Virus record (IMG/VR): IMGVR_UViG_3300045921_000730
Span: 1 to 64,000 of that record
Reading direction: 5' to 3' (one strand)
Length of the DNA: 64,000 bases
Positions 48,470-58,051 of the stretch are shown here, one piece after another (position 1 is the first letter of the stretch; every line of letters begins with the position of its first letter). The position numbers were made by a program, and so were the translations under genes. A model generated the notes under the pieces. It had not been told where the DNA came from, did no database searches, and saw only the letters and a program-made list of their open reading frames with translations.

Positions 48470-49711
48470 TTATAAAATCGCTGGACACTTCAACGAAGTA
48501 GCCAATGTCGTACCGACCACTGGTCTTAGCACTTCTCGATGTCTGTTCTCGACTGATTCGGCCGAGTTCAATTCTCTGTTGCCTCTTTTGATCCAGTTGA
48601 CCAGATCTCTAGAAGCTTCTTGTTCGATGTTCTTAGCAGCATTCAAGTCACGATCATGCACTGAACCACAAGATGGGCAGGTCCATTGACAGACATCTAG
48701 TGATTTCTTTCCATCATGATGACCACAAGTAGAACAAACTTGACTAGAAGCAAAGTAACGATCAACCTTGGCAAATTCCTTACCATACCAATCACATTTG
48801 TAGCTGATCTTAGTGACCAGTGAAGACCAACTCGCATCTGCAATGTTCTTGTTTCGAGTCTTATTTTTAGACTGCATCATCTCTTGAACAGCTAGATCTT
48901 CAAGATAGATGTAGTCGTAGTTCTCGACAAGCCACTTAGAAAACTCATGTTGCAGGTGTTCTCGTCGGTTGGTGATTTTCAAATAGATACGATTGACCTT
49001 CAGCTGCTGTCTCTTACGACGATTGCTTCCCTTTTGTTTGCGACTCAAATGCTGTTGTGCTTTCTTCAGTTTCACTTGGCTTTCGTGAAACCATCTTGGA
49101 TTAGTTAGTCTATGGCCGTCACTAAGAACGGCTAGATCAGCTAGACCAAGATCAATACCTACAGCATGATAGGTATTTGGTAAAGGTTCTGGTTTTGCTT
49201 CTTCAACCAGAACTGAAACAAAATACTGACCAGAAGGGTTTCTTGAAACTGTCACTGATTTAGGTATTCCATTGAATTTCCTGTCAACAACCATCTTCAT
49301 TGGAGTCATCTTTGGGATGACAATTTGACCAGTCTCGCACATCTCAAGATTTGCTTTTGGAAGCACAGAACCAGGAATCCTAAACGAATCTCGTGATTTC
49401 CCTTTGCATTTGAACTTCATTCGGCCAAGTTTAACTGCTCGTTTCTTGTTGAAGAATTGCTTCTTGGCCTCTTCAAAGTCCATTCGTTTTTGTTGCAAAG
49501 CGTAGCTAATGACTTCTTTCAACCAAGGATATCTAGGATCGTCTTTCAAGGTCTTTTCTGTGACCGTCTGAACTGGTTTGTCCTTAGACCAAGAATTGAA
49601 GTTAGCTACAAGTTGGTTCCAAACAAAGTGGACTGCACCAAAGTTTTGTAGCAAGAATTGCTCTTGCTCTTTGGTTGGATATAACCGATACTTGTATGCT
49701 CTTAGGACCAT
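48470..49711 (-). CDS. tnpB: TnpB nuclease of an IS607-family element
   Basis: RuvC GIDLG / LEDL / HDRDLNAA, Zn ribbon; lies downstream of a tnpA fragment. Confidence 0.95.
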   Translation of the reverse strand: MVLRAYKYRLYPTKEQEQFLLQNFGAVHFVWNQLVANFNSWSKDKPVQTVTEKTLKDDPRYPWLKEVISYALQQKRMDFEEAKKQFFNKKRAVKLGRMKFKCKGKSRDSFRIPGSVLPKANLEMCETGQIVIPKMTPMKMVVDRKFNGIPKSVTVSRNPSGQYFVSVLVEEAKPEPLPNTYHAVGIDLGLADLAVLSDGHRLTNPRWFHESQVKLKKAQQHLSRKQKGSNRRKRQQLKVNRIYLKITNRREHLQHEFSKWLVENYDYIYLEDLAVQEMMQSKNKTRNKNIADASWSSLVTKISYKCDWYGKEFAKVDRYFASSQVCSTCGHHDGKKSLDVCQWTCPSCGSVHDRDLNAAKNIEQEASRDLVNWIKRGNRELNSAESVENRHREVLRPVVGTTLATSLKCPAIL

Positions 49712-49722
49712 TTGACTAATCT

Positions 49723-50022
49723 TTATTGGTTTTTACTATTTATACTTTCTTTGATTTCCAACTCCTTGATTAGTTGCTCCGTCTTTCTCTTACTTCTTCG
49801 TTGGCCATAAATCCTAGCACTAAAGGAAGTGATGATAGAGACAAAGTCCTGAATCAAATCTTCCTTTTCGTCTTGAACACAATTCACTACTTCAATTTCA
49901 ATTCCGTTTTTCTTCAGCAAGATTTCTAAGTAGTTGGAGAATGTTTGAACATCAGCGGACGGCTGTCCACCATATGGATGACCAACAAACGTTGTTTCTC
50001 TTAAAAATTTAATAAAATTCAT
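49723..50022 (-). pseudogene. IS607 serine-recombinase TnpA C-terminal fragment fused to an unrelated phage N-terminus
   Basis: NYLEILLKKNGIEIEVVN..EDLIQDFVSIITSFSARIYGQRRSK; HTH and catalytic Ser region absent; N-terminus MNFIKFLRE. Confidence 0.8.
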
Positions 50023-51425
50023 ATAATTCCCGCAAGGAAACCTAATGTTCTTTAGACGTCAGGATGAATTGCGGACCTTTCATTAGTTAAATTGAAAAAT
50101 TCTAACTTATATAAATAATAGTATATAGTAATTCAAATTTATTGTCAAGTGAATCAGCTTAGAGCCTACAAATATCGCCTTTATCCAACCAAAGATCAAG
50201 AGCAAATTCTAGCTCAATTCTTTGGTGCTAAACGTTGGGTCTTCAACCATTTTCTTCACGAAAACAAACAACGATTTGCTAACAAAGAAAAACATCTGAA
50301 CAATTACGACATCAACGTACAGATTACCCAACTCAAGAAACAACCAGAAACTGCATGGCTTCGTGAAATCGATGATTGGTGTTTGAAACATGCAGCCGTA
50401 GATCTGCACACAGCATACCAAAACTTCTTCAAGTCCATAACAGGAAAACGAAAAGGACCAAAGCTACAAGTGCCTAAATACATGTCTAAAGACTCACGTC
50501 AGTCCTATAGGACTAGAGGCGTTAAAGTTGACATTGAGAACAGCACAGTCAAGTTACCTAAGATCAAGAATGTTAAGGTTGTTATTCACCGCAAATTCAT
50601 CGGAACTATCAAATCCGCTACAATCTCTAAGAACCCTGATGGTCAGTATTACATTTCAGTTCTAGTTGAAGAAGATATCAAGTCTTTACCATCAACCAAA
50701 ACCGAAATTGGTATTGATCTTGGAATTAAGGACTTGCTCATATTGAGCAATGGTGTCAAGTTTCAACATCCCAAGAAAATGCTAGAGAAAGCCAATCTAG
50801 CATTGAAGAAGCAGCAAAAGAAACTAGCAAGAAAGACGAAAAGCAGTAATAACCGAGCTAAACAAAGAACTAAGGTAGCTAGAGCGTATGCTAGGATATC
50901 TAGAATCCGCAACAACTACTATCATGAGATTTCGACGTATCTGGTTAGAAACTTCGATGCCATCTACATGGAAAATCTAAACGTGAAGAGCATACTTCAA
51001 AATAGGAAACTTTCACGAGCAATTCATGAAGCATCTTGGTCTACATTAGTCTCTATGATCTCCTACAAGTGCAATTTCTACGCCAGACCTTTCCACCAAA
51101 TAGATCGCTTTGCCGCTTCTTCAAAAACATGCTCATGTTGTGGTCACGAATTAGAGAAACTTGATCTAGGAACCAGAGATTGGACTTGCCCATCATGTGG
51201 TGCCCAGCACGATCGAGATATCAATGCTGCCATCAACATCAAAAACCTTGGTCAAATAGATCTTTATGACCAACTAATTCCTTCGGGTGCAACAACCGAA
51301 GTGGGATCTTCGATCCCAAAGGCTCTAGTGAAATGGACTACTAAAACCGAGAGGTCTCCAAGTGTTTTTGGAGTTAGTCCAGGGACGGAGCAAGCAAGAC
51401 GTTCTTTAGACGTCTAGTAGTTGAC
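50023..51425 (+). mobile_element. tnpB: IS1341-like (tnpB-only) element; tnpB CDS 50149..51417
   Basis: TTCAT | ATAATTCCCGC..CCTAATGTTCTTTAGACGTCAGGATGAA left end; RuvC D/E/D; RE AGACGTTCTTTAGACGTCTAGTAGTTGAC. Confidence 0.93.
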
Positions 51426-51477
51426 ATAATTACCACGAAAAAATTTGTTGTCGTTTAAACGTCTAACAGTTGACTAA

Positions 51478-51900
51478 TTAGTCTTGTTTTTTTGATGTAT
51501 GTTTTTGAGGATTATATTTACGATATTTTTTATTTCTTGTTTTAAGATAATCGCGACGATATACTTTTGCTGCTATTTCTTTGCTTACACTTTCAGTTAA
51601 TGTGTTATGAAAAATATCATGAATTGCTTGTTTGTATTTACCATTATTATATTCACTTACAGCCTTCTCATCCTGTATATCAAAATTAAATTCATGAAAT
51701 ACATTAGATTTACCTTTGACAATAACAGGCCAGGCATCAATCATTATGGCTAGACCGTCTTTAATTTTGAGGACGTCACCGTCTTTGATATCATCGTTTG
51801 TTTGTGTTTCATAATATGCGTCTCTGTGAGACATGCTTGATAAATCATGTACTTTATATTTTCGTTCTGTTGATTCAAGCAATTCACGTAGCAATTTCAT
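51478..51900 (-). CDS. hypothetical protein
   Basis: MKLLRELLES N-terminus. Confidence 0.65.
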   Translation of the reverse strand: MKLLRELLESTERKYKVHDLSSMSHRDAYYETQTNDDIKDGDVLKIKDGLAIMIDAWPVIVKGKSNVFHEFNFDIQDEKAVSEYNNGKYKQAIHDIFHNTLTESVSKEIAAKVYRRDYLKTRNKKYRKYNPQKHTSKKQD

Positions 51901-51904
51901 ATAA

Positions 51905-52420
51905 TTATCCCATTTTCTTCCACATTACTGCAGCAGCAACACGCTTGCCGGCTTCTTCAGAACCATACTGTTTTGCAGCTTTCTTTTCGATTTCTTTAAA
52001 TTTTTTACCTGGAGCACCAATATCTTCTCCGCGCTTTGCACGTTTTACAATGTGAGACTTTTCTGCAGTCGTCAAATGTGCTGATGGACGAGAACTTTCT
52101 TCGTCTTCGTAACGCTTACCAGTTTTTGGACACATGCGTTCAATAATTTGTTGAACGTTTGATAGATCTTCATCTGTCAAAACGCTTTCAAAAATAAGAT
52201 AATCTGTAAACGAAAATTGAAAGCTTTCTTTTACTTTTTCTGGAAGTCCATGATGTTTTGTGCCAGCAAATTTTTTTGCTTCTGATTTAGTAATAGATTT
52301 TGAGATTGATTTAATTTTATCAGCAACAGAATCAGGTAAGTCTTTTAATTTTAAAGCACCAGTTTTAAGTGCATAAACCATTCCCATTAATCTTTGCTGC
52401 TTAATAGATTTTGCTGGCAT
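51905..52420 (-). CDS. hypothetical basic protein
   Basis: MPAKSIKQQRLMGM..KKFAGTKHHGLPEKV, a motif type common in large phages. Confidence 0.7.
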   Translation of the reverse strand: MPAKSIKQQRLMGMVYALKTGALKLKDLPDSVADKIKSISKSITKSEAKKFAGTKHHGLPEKVKESFQFSFTDYLIFESVLTDEDLSNVQQIIERMCPKTGKRYEDEESSRPSAHLTTAEKSHIVKRAKRGEDIGAPGKKFKEIEKKAAKQYGSEEAGKRVAAAVMWKKMG

Positions 52421-52437
52421 AATAATTACTCCTCGTA

Positions 52438-52971
52438 TTAAACGCGCTTCAATGTACTATACAAATTACGTAGTGCTGCACTTTGTGTATTATTTATTTT
52501 ATTATTAATATTTTTGTACTTTTTTGGTTGTTTTGGTGTTTTTTCTTCAACAATTAATTTTGCATCACCTGTCTTAACCAGAAACTTTGCTGGAGGACCC
52601 GAATGTATTGTAATAAATCTTATTCCATTTTTATACTGTTTCGATTTATCGGAAAAATTAAAATTAACAACAATTGATAATTGTTTGGAAGAACTTTTCA
52701 TAACTGCATATATATCCTTTTTGCTATTTTTCTTTTCTTCAAGATATTGTCGATATTTTTTTGCCACTCTTTCTATAACATCCAAAGCATCGTCTTCTAT
52801 TGATTCACGTACTTCTCTTCCTTGAAGACGTTCAGTAAAAAAGTGTGTAGATATAAAAACATCTACATCCAAATAAGAAAAAATTTGTTTAACTTTTTGT
52901 TTAAAAGAATTTACTGTATAATAATCTTCGTTGGCTCTTTCTAACAAAGAAAATATTTCATTCACCTTCAC
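52438..52971 (-). CDS. hypothetical protein
   Basis: MKVNEIFSLLE N-terminus; HFFTERL motif. Confidence 0.65.
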   Translation of the reverse strand: MKVNEIFSLLERANEDYYTVNSFKQKVKQIFSYLDVDVFISTHFFTERLQGREVRESIEDDALDVIERVAKKYRQYLEEKKNSKKDIYAVMKSSSKQLSIVVNFNFSDKSKQYKNGIRFITIHSGPPAKFLVKTGDAKLIVEEKTPKQPKKYKNINNKINNTQSAALRNLYSTLKRV

Positions 52972-53121
52972 AATATTGTTCTCCGTTTTCTATTTCACCT
53001 ATTAAATTACGAAGATTATATGCAGCATCCAGTTGTTCTTCACAATCGTTTTCTTCAAGAATATCAATAATTGTTTCAATCATTTCTATTAGTTAATTTA
53101 ATTGATGTTCTGTCATTGATT

Positions 53122-53304
53122 TTATCCCAACAAAAGCTGCTTACCGCTTTCATTAATTGGTACAATTGTTGCTCGTTCTTGTTCCGCTAATGGCAAAGAC
53201 AAAAGATAAAGCTCTGCAAGCCTTTGAGATGGTTGTGGAATACCGACACGAACACCATTCACGAGAACAACGTATTTTACTTGATCAATTTCTGTTAAAT
53301 TCAT
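53122..53304 (-). CDS. hypothetical protein
   Basis: Overlaps its upstream gene. Confidence 0.55.
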   Translation of the reverse strand: MNLTEIDQVKYVVLVNGVRVGIPQPSQRLAELYLLSLPLAEQERATIVPINESGKQLLLG

Positions 53305-53564
53305 TTGTATGTCTTGAGATGCTCATGCATAACATCACAACAATGCTTTGCACATTCGTGCAGATCTTGATATTGTTTCTTTTGTTCCGGAGTAATATTT
53401 TGTGTATCTTTTAAACGGTCCTTACACATCTTAATTACATCTTGAAGACAAGAACAACAATTTTCAAATAGCTTTTTTTCATCAGCCATGTGTTGTTCAA
53501 GTTCTTCTGCTTCTGTTAAAGTTGTTAGACCTGCAATACGACGAATTTCATTGATTGAAAACAT
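53301..53564 (-). CDS. hypothetical Cys-containing protein
   Basis: MFSINEIRRIAGL N-terminus. Confidence 0.6.
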   Translation of the reverse strand: MFSINEIRRIAGLTTLTEAEELEQHMADEKKLFENCCSCLQDVIKMCKDRLKDTQNITPEQKKQYQDLHECAKHCCDVMHEHLKTYK

Positions 53565-53621
53565 TTTTGATTCTCCTACGTCTCTAATTTGAATGGATAA
53601 TACTATATTATTTATTAATGT

Positions 53622-54620
53622 TCATGCAAAAGTTGTTGTAATTACACGACCCTTACGCTCGAAAGATGATGGAACTAAACTATCAACAACAAACGCTCTC
53701 TGAAGCCATCTATCAAACCCATTGAATTTTGCTTTAAAAGGAGTTCTTCCATGAACGGCAACGTTATTATCAACAATTAGCAAATCGCCTGGCTCTAAAC
53801 ATATAGAGACATATTGTTGATTAACAATGCTCTGTAACTCCTTTAGTGCGTTTGTTGCTTCTTCATTTATGCCAACCATCAAATCTTCATCATAGACAAA
53901 TTTTGTTTTATCATGATTGAATACCGACATTAACGGACCAAATTTTCCTTCATTGGTACCAGGCGGTAAAAAAGATTTGTCAGGTCTTGTTTTGAACAGC
54001 GGTTGCGTCAATAAATCAATTGTTTTTTGTGAAGCATGTTCTAAAATTATATCTTTATGACATAATAAAGTGTAAGCATTATTATCACCGCGTAAACACA
54101 TAAGAAACAAATATGATGGCATGTAAGGGTGAAATGCTTGTTCTGTATGAAATGCTAAATGTACAGAAGATGATGTCGATTGTTGTGTTGTTGAATTTTG
54201 TTTAACAGGAAGTATGTTCTGAACAATTGTTCCGCCGTGTTCTGGAAGATAACCTATTGGTTCTCCGAAGAATTTTGCAATACTTAACAACAACATTTCC
54301 GAAACGAAAGTTTTTGTTGTGGGCGTTGTTGGTGTTATAGGCGTTTGTGGAAGATCATCTATAAGCAGATTTTTTAATAGAATGCCACCGGAAGAACTTG
54401 AATACAACTTAAATAAGTTTAAAAAATCTTGAAGATTAAAATACTGACCAACATTAACATGATATTTCGTATAACTTTCCAGAGCCGTTGTTTTCCATTT
54501 TAATATTTTTTTCTGTTCTTTTTCAACTAACGACATAAACCCCACCACGTCTTCAAACGGAGACAGTGGTGGTGGATTAATATTTTCTGATAACACATAA
54601 TAAGTTGGTAATTTAAACAT
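53622..54620 (-). CDS. TauD/clavaminate-synthase-like Fe(II)/2-oxoglutarate oxygenase
   Basis: HxE motif LAFHTEQAFH, YLFLMCLR, GDLLIVDNNVAVHGR, RWLQR. Confidence 0.85.
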   Translation of the reverse strand: MFKLPTYYVLSENINPPPLSPFEDVVGFMSLVEKEQKKILKWKTTALESYTKYHVNVGQYFNLQDFLNLFKLYSSSSGGILLKNLLIDDLPQTPITPTTPTTKTFVSEMLLLSIAKFFGEPIGYLPEHGGTIVQNILPVKQNSTTQQSTSSSVHLAFHTEQAFHPYMPSYLFLMCLRGDNNAYTLLCHKDIILEHASQKTIDLLTQPLFKTRPDKSFLPPGTNEGKFGPLMSVFNHDKTKFVYDEDLMVGINEEATNALKELQSIVNQQYVSICLEPGDLLIVDNNVAVHGRTPFKAKFNGFDRWLQRAFVVDSLVPSSFERKGRVITTTFA

Positions 54621-54639
54621 TACAAATCAAAAACGAAAT

Positions 54640-54844
54640 ATGAACTACCGCGTAGCTAAAGACAACGCGGTTTCCGAACTCATCGACCCAGCTAACATCA
54701 CCGGCGCCTCCTTCGGTTTTTGTTTAGAGTCCGACTGCGTTCCACAACCAGACATTTTATTTATGACTACAAATTAATTAGATACCAATAGGCCGATTCA
54801 TCCATGTGATTGAAGATCACGTGGTTTTCTCAGCCTTAAGTTTG
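54640..54844 (-). mobile_element. mini-element family A copy 4
   Basis: TTTAT...TAGTTCAT boundaries; differs from copy 5 at 2 nt. Confidence 0.92.
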
Positions 54845-54851
54845 ATAAAAA

Positions 54852-55421
54852 TTAACTAACTGAGTTAGGACGTGTTAAAGCATAAGCTCGATTTCTCCAC
54901 CCGTTTCTGAAAACACTAAGCCTTGGATTTCTTTCAATTAAACGCTCATAAAATCTCCACGCTTCATCTGCATAGGCAGTCAACAAACGACGTTCTTCAT
55001 CACCATCACCAACAGCATTTATTGCAACAAAAGAAGCATTTCCGAGAACGCCATCAACCGTTAATCTTAAACCAAAAGTATTATTAAGTGCTGTTTGGAG
55101 AAGTCTGTGAGCACGGTCAGCACCCATGTTAACAGATAAATCAAATACTTTTGTAGCTATTGTCTGGTCATTAATGCGACCATACTGGTATCTATCCCAC
55201 CAATGACGACGATAAATTTGTGAAGCTTGCTCGCGCGTCATGTTAACAATATCTTCAATATCAACTCTTCCGTCACGATTTAAATCACCCTCTTGCGGGA
55301 AACCTCTTAAAAATCTAAGACTAATTCCGAAGTTTGTTGCGCCACCTGGATCATCTGGATGATTTACAAATCCACCCTCGTGCAACAAAATATGAGGAAT
55401 TGCTCGTTCAAATGTAGCCAT
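54852..55421 (-). CDS. glycoside hydrolase family 108 lysozyme (endolysin)
   Basis: HEGGFVNHPDDPGGATNFGI, C-terminal peptidoglycan-binding-like part, FRNGWRNR. Confidence 0.92.
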   Translation of the reverse strand: MATFERAIPHILLHEGGFVNHPDDPGGATNFGISLRFLRGFPQEGDLNRDGRVDIEDIVNMTREQASQIYRRHWWDRYQYGRINDQTIATKVFDLSVNMGADRAHRLLQTALNNTFGLRLTVDGVLGNASFVAINAVGDGDEERRLLTAYADEAWRFYERLIERNPRLSVFRNGWRNRAYALTRPNSVS

Positions 55422-55446
55422 TATATATCTCCTTTATTTTTTAAAA

Positions 55447-55651
55447 ATAAACTACCGCGTAGCTAAAGACAACGCGGTTTCTGAACTCATCGACCCAGCT
55501 AACATCACCGGCGCCTCCTTCGGTTTTTGTTTAGAGTCCGACTGCGTTCCACAACCAGACATTTTATTTATGACTACAAATTAATTAGATACCAATAGGC
55601 CGATTCATCCATGTGATTGAAGATCACGTGGTTTTCTCAGCCTTAAGTTTG
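55447..55651 (-). mobile_element. mini-element family A copy 5
   Basis: TTTAT left boundary; RE variant TAGTTTAT. Confidence 0.92.
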
Positions 55652-55808
55652 ATAAAACAAAATGTCACCGCAAGCACCGCTTGTCTATCCACGTGGGTTT
55701 AAAATGGACATAAAAGTTAACGCCAGTTGTATTTTTGATGAAAATTGTGTAAACTACGGTCATGTAATAAATGTTGTGTTTGATAAATTGAAGAAAGAAG
55801 TGGACAAC

Positions 55809-56576
55809 ATGAATACTGAGATTCAACGAATTGTAGATTTTCGTGGGAACCAGCATTGGTACTTGAATGGAAAACTTCATCGTGAAGATGGACCTGCTGT
55901 TATCAATGCTGATGGTTCTGAAGAATGGTACTTGAATGGAAAACGACATCGGGTAGATGGACCTGCAATTACTTGCAACAGAGGGTCTAAAGATTGGTAC
56001 TTGAATGGAAAACGGCACCGTGAGGATGGGCCTGCAATTATTTTAGCTGATGGGACTCAAATCTGGTATCTAAAAGGAAAACTCCACCGCAAAGATGGAC
56101 CGGCGGTTATCTATCCCGACGGGTCTAAACGTTGGTACAACCACGGAAAATATCATCGCGAAGATGGGCCTGCCTATATTAACAGCGATGGTTCTGAGCA
56201 ATGGTACTTGCACGGGAAACTCCATCGCGAAGATGGGCCTGCAGCTATTCGTAGTGATGGATCTGAAGAATGGTACTCACACGGGGTACTTCATCACGAA
56301 GATGGACCTGCGGTTATTCGCAACGATGGTTCTGAGTATTGGTATATGTATGGAAAACTTCATCGTGAAGATGGACCTGCTGTTATTAATGCTGATGGTT
56401 CTAAATATTGGCATAAACACGGGAAACTTCATTGTGAAAATGGACCTGCTGTTATCAATGCTGATGGGTCTAAGGTTTGGTACCTATATGATGTCAAACT
56501 TTCCTTTAATGAGTGGTTAGAAAGATTGAAATTCAATGAAGAAGAGAAACTATTATTAATTCTGAAGTTTGTATGA
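55809..56576 (+). CDS. 23-aa beta-hairpin (MORN-variant-like 'HREDGPA') repeat protein 1
   Basis: 9 repeats WYLNGKLHREDGPAVI..DGS; start trimmed to MNTEIQRIVD by alignment with the paralogues. Confidence 0.85.
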   Translation: MNTEIQRIVDFRGNQHWYLNGKLHREDGPAVINADGSEEWYLNGKRHRVDGPAITCNRGSKDWYLNGKRHREDGPAIILADGTQIWYLKGKLHRKDGPAVIYPDGSKRWYNHGKYHREDGPAYINSDGSEQWYLHGKLHREDGPAAIRSDGSEEWYSHGVLHHEDGPAVIRNDGSEYWYMYGKLHREDGPAVINADGSKYWHKHGKLHCENGPAVINADGSKVWYLYDVKLSFNEWLERLKFNEEEKLLLILKFV

Positions 56577-56616
56577 ACAACGGTTAACATAACACAACAA
56601 AACAGAAACAAGTGAC

Positions 56617-57384
56617 ATGAATATTGAGATTGAGCCAGTCGTAGATTCTGAAGGAAATCGGTATTGGTACTTGAACGGGGAACTTCGCCGCGAAGATGGA
56701 TCTGTGGTTATGTATAACAACGATTCTGAGTATTGGTATGTGAACGGAAAACTTCACCGCAAAGATGGACCTGTCGTTGTTTATAGTGATGGTTCTGAGA
56801 TCTGGTATTTGGATGGAAAACGACATCGGGTAGATGGACCTGCAATTGTTTATAACGATGGTTCCGAAGAATGGTACTTCAACGGAAAACTTCACCGTGA
56901 AGATGGACCTGCCATTGTTTATAGCAATAGTTCAAAACATTGGTATAAACATGGAAAACGACATCGCACAGATGGGCCTGCAATTGTCTATGTTGATGGC
57001 ACCAAAGAATGGTATCTTAATGGAAAGCGACACCGGCTAGACGGACCTGCTATTATCAGTGCTACTGGTACTGAAGAATGGTACTTGAATGGAGAACGAC
57101 ACCGTGAAGATGGACCTGCGGTTGTGTATAGCGATGGGTCTAAGCGTTGGTATAAACATGGGAGATACCATCGTGAAGATGGACCCGCCATTGTTTATAG
57201 CAATGGTTCTCAATATTGGTACTTGAATGGAAAGCGACACCGGGAAGACGGACCTGCAATTGTCCATGGAGATGGTACTATGTTGTGGTTTTTAAATGAT
57301 ATTAGATTCTCTTTTGAGAAATGGTTAGAAAAAAGCAATTTTAGTGAAGAAGAAAAGCTACTTTTGATTCTGAAGTTTGGATAA
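56617..57384 (+). CDS. HREDGPA repeat protein 2
   Basis: 9 repeats; shared C-cap FEKWLEK..EEEKLLLILKF. Confidence 0.85.
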   Translation: MNIEIEPVVDSEGNRYWYLNGELRREDGSVVMYNNDSEYWYVNGKLHRKDGPVVVYSDGSEIWYLDGKRHRVDGPAIVYNDGSEEWYFNGKLHREDGPAIVYSNSSKHWYKHGKRHRTDGPAIVYVDGTKEWYLNGKRHRLDGPAIISATGTEEWYLNGERHREDGPAVVYSDGSKRWYKHGRYHREDGPAIVYSNGSQYWYLNGKRHREDGPAIVHGDGTMLWFLNDIRFSFEKWLEKSNFSEEEKLLLILKFG

Positions 57385-57423
57385 ACAATGCTTAACACAG
57401 CGCGCCAAAATAAAAACAAGCGA

Positions 57424-57916
57424 CATGAACACTGAACTTAAACGAATTGTAGATTCCCATGGGAACCAACTCTGGTACTTGCACAGTGTGCTTCACCGTG
57501 AAGATGGACCTGCGATTATATATCGTGATGGTTCCGAGTGTTGGTATAAACATGGGAAATACCATCGCGAAGATGGACCTGCTATTGTGTATAGTAATGG
57601 TAATAAGTACTGGTACTTGAACGGAAAACTTCATCGTAAAGATGGACCTGCAATTGTCTATAACAATGGTTCTAACTTGTGGTACTTGAATGGAAAACTC
57701 CATCGTGAAGATGGACCTGCGATTGTGTATAATGATGGTACCAAGTATTGGTACTTGCACGGGAAGCTTCATCGGGAAAATGGACCTGCTATTATTAGTG
57801 CCGACGGTTCTGAAAAATGGTACTTAGGTGGTGTTGAGTTTACTTTTAATGAATGGTTAGAAAAAGTCAAAACCAGCGAAGAAGAGAAACTATTATTAAT
57901 TCTGAAATTTAGATAA
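57424..57916 (+). CDS. HREDGPA repeat protein 3
   Basis: 5 repeats; same N- and C-caps; start trimmed to MNTELKRIVD. Confidence 0.85.
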
Positions 57917-58051
57917 AAATGATAGAGTGAACAGCGTTCAGGGATACAAGTAGCTTTGTTGAAGTGTTGAGCAACTTTGATAAATTTTTGTGAACTTACA
58001 TAATTGTTGTAGAAACAAACCGCATAAATACTATAAAAAGGGTATTGAATT

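Noticed and set aside
55809-57916. Diversity-generating retroelement acting on the HREDGPA genes
   Set aside because: No reverse transcriptase or non-coding template repeat is in the window, and differences between repeats are not restricted to adenines.
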